DNA of 64,000 nucleotides from Chlamydiales bacterium (GTDB lineage Bacteria; Chlamydiota; Chlamydiia; Chlamydiales; JAJFMA01): NCBI GenBank assembly GCA_030679955.1, contig JAUXSF010000019.1, positions 35,846 to 99,845 of the forward strand, read 5' to 3'. Shown piece by piece: positions 58,218 to 64,000 of this stretch (position 1 is its first letter; each line of letters starts with the position of its first letter). The notes under the pieces were generated by a model. It saw only the letters and a program-made list of their open reading frames with translations, ran no database searches and was not told where the DNA came from. The position numbers and the translations under genes were made by a program.

Positions 58218-58685
58218 TTAATCTTTCGTCTCTTCCTCTTCCTGGGCTTCTTGGAAGAAAGGAGCCTTAGCTTCTTGTTTCTTCTTCAGATCTTTTTCTG
58301 CCCAGTCTAAGGAAATGCTGCACAGGTTTTTGACCGTAGGATCATCGGACTTCTCATTTGCTTCCGAGATCAGCTCTTCGCCCTTCTTCCTTTTAGCTTT
58401 TACTAACAAGTAAGCTATGCCAAGAAAGGCCTGCGCCAAATAGTTATCTGGCTCGCGCTGCATCACCTCTTCAAAGATTGCCGAGGCTTCCTTCACCTCC
58501 AGCTTGTTTAGGGCTATATACCCTAAGCCAATCTGAGGTGCTGTGCTCTCCGGACGTAGTATCTGGGCCGCTTCGAAAAGCCGCCTAGCACTTACCTCGT
58601 CCAATTGTTTAACCGCCACAAACCCTGCTTCAATCAAAAGAGCAAAGTCGTGTTGAAAATCCTCTAGCTTGTCCTGTTCGGCCAT
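58218..58685 (-). CDS. sctG: T3SS needle chaperone CdsG (TPR)
   Basis: DFALLIEAGFVAVKQLDE and TPR helices, downstream of cdsF. Confidence 0.85.
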   Translation of the reverse strand: MAEQDKLEDFQHDFALLIEAGFVAVKQLDEVSARRLFEAAQILRPESTAPQIGLGYIALNKLEVKEASAIFEEVMQREPDNYLAQAFLGIAYLLVKAKRKKGEELISEANEKSDDPTVKNLCSISLDWAEKDLKKKQEAKAPFFQEAQEEEETKD

Positions 58686-58806
58686 TACTCCATCCTTATT
58701 CGAAGGGTATTTACCTGAGTCAATTTTCGAGCGCTTTTCCGGCAGTTATTTCGCGATCGGCAGCTTCTGCTTTTTTCGTCTGAGCAGAAGCTTAGTGCGC
58801 CGATCA

Positions 58807-59049
58807 TTAACCTTTAACACCCCTAGCCATTGAAACAATAGCTGAGTTAGCGGCGTTGACGACAGCGGTCGACATCTCAGACATCTGCGATAAGTGGTTC
58901 ATCAACATCTGCATGTCAAACATGTCGGCGATACTGATAGCACTCTTTCGCTGCTTGATAGCATTTAATTTTGCCTTGGCGCTGACCGTAGCGGCGTCCA
59001 CTATCTCGACTAGGGCCTCCATACTGAAGGCTTCTCTGGGAGTTGCCAT
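58807..59049 (-). CDS. sctF: T3SS needle subunit CdsF
   Basis: 80 aa with the MFDMQMLMNHLSQMSEM...MARGVKG needle C-terminus. Consistent with synteny. Confidence 0.85.
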   Translation of the reverse strand: MATPREAFSMEALVEIVDAATVSAKAKLNAIKQRKSAISIADMFDMQMLMNHLSQMSEMSTAVVNAANSAIVSMARGVKG

Positions 59050-59192
59050 AGGTTCCTCCTAACTTCCTTATTATGCTTTTACAAACTATCCGATTACTTT
59101 GATCAACCTTTAAGGTCCAAAACGGATATCACCATTTTAGGGGCCGCACGGTTGCAGTCTTCGGTTCTTTTAACGTTCTAGGTTATTCTATT

Positions 59193-59438
59193 CTAGCCCT
59201 TCGCTCCAAAACGTGCTACTACTTTCAGTAAGGCCGCATAACCATGCAATAAATAGCCAAATTGGTTGAACTCATCCTTACTTAGGCCAGCCCTTAACAA
59301 ACCCTTGATTTGCAGCATTCTAGCTTGAATTCGTTGCTGCACTTCTTTGCGCTTATGGGATTGAGCGAGATCCTTTTCCAGGTCAAACATCGCTTCACTA
59401 GAGCCACCTTTGCTCTTATCCTTCCCTAATCCAAACAT
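59193..59438 (-). CDS. sctE: T3SS needle chaperone CdsE (CT665-like)
   Basis: MFDLEKDL...IKGLLRAG...LLHGYAALLKV, between cdsD and cdsF. Confidence 0.8.
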   Translation of the reverse strand: MFGLGKDKSKGGSSEAMFDLEKDLAQSHKRKEVQQRIQARMLQIKGLLRAGLSKDEFNQFGYLLHGYAALLKVVARFGAKG

Positions 59439-59507
59439 TCGTTCACCTTTGTTTTAGAATGACGTAAGCGCGACTCTACTTTTCCTATAATCCTATTTTA
59501 TCATAAT

Positions 59508-61295
59508 TTATTTATTATATTCAATCTTATACTTTACGCCTTCTCGCTCTAGAAATATCGCATCACGTTTAATTGAAGTGATGCTCATTCCATCTAAAGT
59601 ATCCCCGGGAGAGAGAATGCGCCCATTAATTACCACATTCACGGTAGTGTTGCCTCTGTTAGTAGAGCCCGTTACCTTATAGCTTTCAGTGAGATCAACC
59701 AGCGAGTTTTCAGGCTCCAATTCCACTACAAAGTTCTTAACAGAGCGTACCGCAGCATCCTTTTTGAAGGTCGCGATCAATTTTTCAAGCTGCGAAGCCC
59801 TGCCGGCTAACATTGATCCAGACAGCGTCAATTCGCCACTGCTCATCTGCACAGTCACGTCTTTGAAGCCCTGCTCCTGTAGCAACACTCGAATGGACTG
59901 TATCTCATCCTCTTCAACGAAAACGCGTTTTTCAAGCAGATCCAAATAAGGGAAGTTTTGCGCCATGTAATCTGACAGCTTTTCAGCCTGCTCGCGGGAC
60001 GAAAGGTAGCCGTTTAGCACAAACCTGCCCGCGGAAGGCGCCATTAACGTTACGCCGCGCCATTGGGGGTTTTTGCCGATAACTTGATTGATGTTCTGTA
60101 AAACTAGCTCGTCGATAACCAAGTTTTTGTCGTTGATTTCCCTAACGAATTGCAAGTTTTGAAGGTCATAAAGCAAGCGCGCTTTATCAACACTTTTCAG
60201 GACGTGACCAATCAGCAGCAAACTGCCATTGTTGTCATTAAAGTTGTAGTTAACCCCAGGGGCCAGTGCCATCACTTTCTGCAATTCCGCCTTGGTGTCT
60301 ATCTGCGGAGCCACAACCTCTTGAGTGCGAAATAGCGATGTCGTCGCCATGCCAATGATCATTACCATCCCGCCAATCAGCAGGAGAAGCATCATTTTGC
60401 CTACAAAACCCGACTTTTTCGCCACGACCGGAGCCGATTTTACTGGCTCTTTTTCCTTGGCTTTGGATTTAACCGGAGCTTTGCCTTTTTTGATCTCATC
60501 ATCTTTAAGGGATTTAACGATAGAAGGCATTAGGGGAGTGATGATTGTCGAGCGATCCGCCTCGCGGTCAAAAATGATAAAGCGCGTTGTGCCCAACGAC
60601 ACCACACTATTTGAAACTAGATCGGCCTTCACCTTAATCTGTTTATCATCGAGAAAAACACCATTCCGGCTCTTCAAGTCCTGTAGCGTAACCTTGTTGT
60701 CCGCGCTAATCGTTAGCTTAGCGTGCTGACGCGATACTGTACCGTCATGTAAGACGATGTCGGATGCTTCAGGGTTCGTTCCAAGGATATAGGAATGCCC
60801 AGGTTCCATCGAAAACTCTGCGCCATTATTTGGACCGGCAATAACCTTAAGCATCCAGCGGCCTGTTCCGGCCACGTTAAAGTCGATTTCAGCGAGCATT
60901 TGCTCGTTGGAAAGATCTTGTTCCTCGTAAACCTCGTCGTCCGGCTCGTCGTTATTTGCACCCTGTTGAGCCGCGGCATCCATCTTGTGGCCACCGATCT
61001 CTGTGTAATAACGGAAAATGCCATTGCCAATTTTTACCGTGTCGCCATGCACCAGCACACGCGACCCATCTACTGCTTCGTCATTAACTAGCGCTGGATT
61101 AGTTGTGGAGAGATTTTCTACCGCTATACCATCAGGCATTCTACGGGCAACAAGGTGCTCTCGCGATACTGCAGGGTCCTCTACCAAAAGTTGGCAGGTA
61201 TCGGGATCGCGGCCGATTACCCACTCCTCTCCGTCATCAAACGAAAGGACTAAACCCTCTAAAGCACCTTCTTCGGCAATAAGTTTTGCTGTCAT
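59508..61295 (-). CDS. sctD: T3SS inner-membrane ring protein CdsD/SctD
   Basis: Two FHA domains (IGRDP...VSREH; LGT...VSRQHA...SRNG), one TM helix and periplasmic BON-like repeats. Confidence 0.92.
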   Translation of the reverse strand: MTAKLIAEEGALEGLVLSFDDGEEWVIGRDPDTCQLLVEDPAVSREHLVARRMPDGIAVENLSTTNPALVNDEAVDGSRVLVHGDTVKIGNGIFRYYTEIGGHKMDAAAQQGANNDEPDDEVYEEQDLSNEQMLAEIDFNVAGTGRWMLKVIAGPNNGAEFSMEPGHSYILGTNPEASDIVLHDGTVSRQHAKLTISADNKVTLQDLKSRNGVFLDDKQIKVKADLVSNSVVSLGTTRFIIFDREADRSTIITPLMPSIVKSLKDDEIKKGKAPVKSKAKEKEPVKSAPVVAKKSGFVGKMMLLLLIGGMVMIIGMATTSLFRTQEVVAPQIDTKAELQKVMALAPGVNYNFNDNNGSLLLIGHVLKSVDKARLLYDLQNLQFVREINDKNLVIDELVLQNINQVIGKNPQWRGVTLMAPSAGRFVLNGYLSSREQAEKLSDYMAQNFPYLDLLEKRVFVEEDEIQSIRVLLQEQGFKDVTVQMSSGELTLSGSMLAGRASQLEKLIATFKKDAAVRSVKNFVVELEPENSLVDLTESYKVTGSTNRGNTTVNVVINGRILSPGDTLDGMSITSIKRDAIFLEREGVKYKIEYNK

Positions 61296-61344
61296 AGCCT
61301 CTTACCATTATTATGGGTGGTCGATTATAGTCCGAACCCCAATT

Positions 61345-61740
61345 TTACGCTGCCTTAAAGTTGGTAGCCTCATCACGCCAGAAGTCAATCGCGTTCATAA
61401 AGTCTTCCAACGCCTCTTTAAACATTTCATACTCAAGATTGTATTCCATATCTTTCGATAGGGTCAAGGTATTCCCATCGTCGCTCAGCCCTAGAACAGC
61501 ACCCTCCGTTCCTTGACCAAACAAGTTAGCAAGCATCATTTGCGTGTAGAATTGTTCCTGACTATCCTTCGGCATTGGGGCGACCTCACACAACATGCCT
61601 AGTCCGGGATTTAGATCGGACACAGTGAAGGATACATCCTTGTCCATATAGATGACATATTGCCCAGCATCGTTGGTGGGAATCGCCTTGTCCAGGCCAA
61701 TCTCTTTGCGATATAGATCCATTAACTGACTCAGCTTCAT
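61345..61740 (-). CDS. scc4: CesT-family T3SS chaperone Scc4 (CT663-like)
   Basis: MLANLFGQGTEGAVLGL...FKEALEDFMNAIDFWR. First gene of the cluster. Confidence 0.85.
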   Translation of the reverse strand: MKLSQLMDLYRKEIGLDKAIPTNDAGQYVIYMDKDVSFTVSDLNPGLGMLCEVAPMPKDSQEQFYTQMMLANLFGQGTEGAVLGLSDDGNTLTLSKDMEYNLEYEMFKEALEDFMNAIDFWRDEATNFKAA

Positions 61741-61773
61741 AGCTCTACCCCCTAGTACTGCAACCCACTATGG

Positions 61774-61789
61774 TGCGAGAACTGTGCCA
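61774..61789 (-). promoter_or_regulatory. sigma54-type (-24/-12) promoter upstream of the T3SS operon
   Basis: The minus strand reads TGGCACAGTTCTCGCA (GG-N10-GC), about 34 nt before the scc4 ATG. Confidence 0.65.
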
Positions 61790-61903
61790 ACCAGTTTATT
61801 ATATCATATATCTAATTTCGTAGATTTTGCTGGCTGTTACGCTAGATTGCCAATGTTAAATATGTTACATTGTTGATTCATTAATTTACGCCAAGGTAGA
61901 ACA

Positions 61904-62872
61904 GTGCAAAGTAGTAAAATAACCATTTTTGAATCCAATCCCCCTTCTATACATCAACCCGCACCACCGCCGGTAAGCAAGCCTACCTCTAAACCACTAC
62001 CGCCTATTCCCTCAGTTTTTTCCCAACCAAAACCGAGTTCACCTTCGATCTATACCGCAACTCCACTTAAGGCTTTCCCTTTCTACGCGCAAACTCGCGA
62101 ACCCTATCTTTTGCCCATGAAAGAGGATAATACGGAGGCATTCTCTAGAGATCTTTCAGATGCTTTCTTTTCGACCCCCACCGTTACCCACGTTCCAACC
62201 TGGATTGCCGAGGTCGTCAATAATGATTTCAACGCTATCACGGCCGTAGACTTTGATTTTGATTATCGATGGGTTTGTAAGACAAAGGTTAAAGGCGGAA
62301 GCGAGTACAAAATAAAAGTGCTGTGGACCGTTGTTTTTCATAAAGGAGCCGGTGCCGCGCAATATTACGATCGAGCCCTATCCGAATACACCTTTTTTGC
62401 TGGTAAACCCGGTAAGCATGTTAAGAAGCGTGAGATGGATAACGAAAACATGTGGAGAACATATTTAGTGGCATTATCCAACATTTTGCCAACGCGCGCC
62501 GCCTTTGATCCAAGAGAGCCAGAAGGACCTTTTTCTAGGAAACAACAACAGCTTCTTAATGCTGATAAAATCCTTGGTTTGAATGTTAAAGACATCGCTT
62601 CTGGCCAAGAAGACTTTGAGCTGAAGGTACACGTCCATAACGTTAAAGGCATCTTTGCTCTAGCAGTTAATTCCGCAACTACCGAGTTTATTCTGCTAGA
62701 ACCTCGTAAAGAAGCAAAGGCGATTAAAGTCGTAAAAAACGTCGCTCAAAGAGTGCCAGGTGGTCTGGAAGTTACTTTGTTGGGCTTGGAGGCAGTTGAC
62801 GGCTTTATAGAGGTAGCCGGTCTGGTCGGCGCCGCCGCCGGTGCCTTAGGTGGCCTAGGATCCCTAGGCTAA
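61904..62872 (+). CDS. Hypothetical protein with a Pro/Ser-rich N-terminus (effector candidate)
   Basis: PAPPPVSKPTSKPLPPIP N-terminus and hydrophobic Gly/Ala C-terminus. Transcribed divergently from the T3SS operon. Confidence 0.7.
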   Translation: MQSSKITIFESNPPSIHQPAPPPVSKPTSKPLPPIPSVFSQPKPSSPSIYTATPLKAFPFYAQTREPYLLPMKEDNTEAFSRDLSDAFFSTPTVTHVPTWIAEVVNNDFNAITAVDFDFDYRWVCKTKVKGGSEYKIKVLWTVVFHKGAGAAQYYDRALSEYTFFAGKPGKHVKKREMDNENMWRTYLVALSNILPTRAAFDPREPEGPFSRKQQQLLNADKILGLNVKDIASGQEDFELKVHVHNVKGIFALAVNSATTEFILLEPRKEAKAIKVVKNVAQRVPGGLEVTLLGLEAVDGFIEVAGLVGAAAGALGGLGSLG

Positions 62873-62889
62873 AGTAGCCGAGTTCTGAG

Positions 62890-63052
62890 GAGGCTGACAG
62901 GAAGCATCGGTAGGTCATCTTTTGGCCCATTTCCAGAATCTTGCCATTTGTTGTAAATCCCCTACTCTCAAGAGTATGCGGATTTACGCCAAACGGCAAT
63001 CTTCAGAAAATGGTCTCAAAATCTGACGCTACTGATGTTTCCTGTCAGCCTC
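62890..63052. repeat. ~160-nt imperfect palindrome (MITE/REPIN-like)
   Basis: GAGGCTGACAGGAAGCATC...GATGTTTCCTGTCAGCCTC, with inner arms TTGCCATTTGTTGTAAATCC / GGATTTACGCCAAACGGCAA. Confidence 0.75.
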
Positions 63053-63337
63053 GAAGGAACGACATAAAAAATAACCATGGCGGAGGCTCCAACATTAAGT
63101 AGCCTCACTTACCGTGCTATATCATAGCGTTTCAATCAAAAAGATTAAAATAATTAATTGCTCTCATAGACGCCCTATATGTGAGAGTCAGGTGGGTTCA
63201 TAGACATTACAAAGCTATCATTTGTTTGAGGAAAACACGTAAGGCAAAAAAAACAAACATTTTCATTGGATTGTTTTTAAGAAATAAGTAACATGCCAAG
63301 CATTGATTTCGAAAAACAGACGAAAAAAGGAGTCACA

Positions 63338-63931
63338 ATGAAAAAATATCTACTAACCTTGCTATGCTTGCTTACCTTTACACAGGCCCCTGCACAAGCA
63401 TCCGTGCTTGAAGGAACCTATTTCGGCGCGATAGGTGGAATGAACCAATTAAAGTATGACCAAGACTATTTTGAAGCTTATATCGGCTATGCCTTGGGTG
63501 GATTTTGTGGTTACAAGTTTGACAATGGTCTTCGTCTTGAAGGAGAAGTCTCTTTCCGCAGAAATAAAATGACCGACAGTTTTATGGTTATTGATGACTT
63601 TAACGAGATAAATGTAGATCTTGAGATGCAAACGAAGATTACATCCGTGATGGCTAATGCTCTTTATGAATTCTGTCCACGCTCTATTTGTACTCCCTAT
63701 TTTGGTCTTGGAATTGGCTATGCTCATATTTCACAAAATGGATTTCTTGAAGCGCTAGGAGGACGAGCAGTTTTTCGAGGGGATACCGATCAATTTGCTT
63801 GGCAAGCTATTTTAGGCCTAAATCGACGCTTAACTCCTGATTGCGATTTTGCCGTTGAGTATCGATATCTTAATCCTGGCGCTCACCTAGAAAACCACGG
63901 AGTCGTTTTATCACTTAAACGCTTCTTCTAG
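63338..63931 (+). CDS. Outer-membrane beta-barrel protein (opacity/porin-like, 8-stranded)
   Basis: Signal peptide after GGAG RBS. GYKFDNGLRLEGE, MANALYE, PYFGLGIGY, FAWQ and EYRY motifs, with a C-terminal Phe. Confidence 0.88.
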   Translation: MKKYLLTLLCLLTFTQAPAQASVLEGTYFGAIGGMNQLKYDQDYFEAYIGYALGGFCGYKFDNGLRLEGEVSFRRNKMTDSFMVIDDFNEINVDLEMQTKITSVMANALYEFCPRSICTPYFGLGIGYAHISQNGFLEALGGRAVFRGDTDQFAWQAILGLNRRLTPDCDFAVEYRYLNPGAHLENHGVVLSLKRFF

Positions 63932-63941
63932 CACTTTGAAA

Positions 63942-63977
63942 GAGGCAATAGGCCGTTTCTAAACTGCCTATTGTCTC
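63942..63977 (+). terminator. Probable terminator hairpin
   Basis: GAGGCAATAGGC...GCCTATTGTCTC just after the stop codon. Confidence 0.5.
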
Positions 63978-64000
63978 ATCCTTCTTTGCAACTTGGCGCC

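Noticed and set aside
1-64000. tRNA, rRNA, prophage or autonomous IS elements
   Set aside because: No cloverleaf/rRNA signatures and no integrase, transposase or phage structural motifs were recognised by eye. A covariance-model search would be needed to exclude small RNAs.

Overview
This 64-kb window looks like the chromosome of an environmental Chlamydiae member, inferred from the chlamydial-type type III secretion (T3SS) gene order and the SWIM-SNF2 helicase. The right third holds the conserved T3SS operon on the minus strand: scc4, cdsD, cdsE, cdsF, cdsG, CT668-like, cdsN, cdsO, CT671-like, cdsQ, pkn5, cdsC. A sigma54-type promoter precedes it, and its secretin is unusually large (2516 aa) with a Cys-rich, repeat-containing N-terminal extension. 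Housekeeping genes (ald, Hsp70-like, SNF2, der, SulP, yidD-like) alternate with effector-like accessory genes. These include two tandem paralogs and a 3365-aa ankyrin/DUF3638-type giant that share a His-Asn-Cys protease-like motif set, a toxin-less Rhs protein, an Inc-like protein and a Cys-nucleophile alpha/beta hydrolase. A ~5.5-kb islet (about 37.2-42.7 kb) carries a GT-C glycosyltransferase and a candidate defence module: an AbiEi-type antitoxin with twin palindromic operators, an AbiEii toxin fused to ankyrin repeats, a PD-(D/E)XK nuclease and a remnant second antitoxin copy. At least four kinds of intergenic palindromic REP/MITE-like elements are present. I found no tRNA, rRNA, CRISPR array, integrase or transposase. 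All family assignments come from motif recognition by eye, with no database search.
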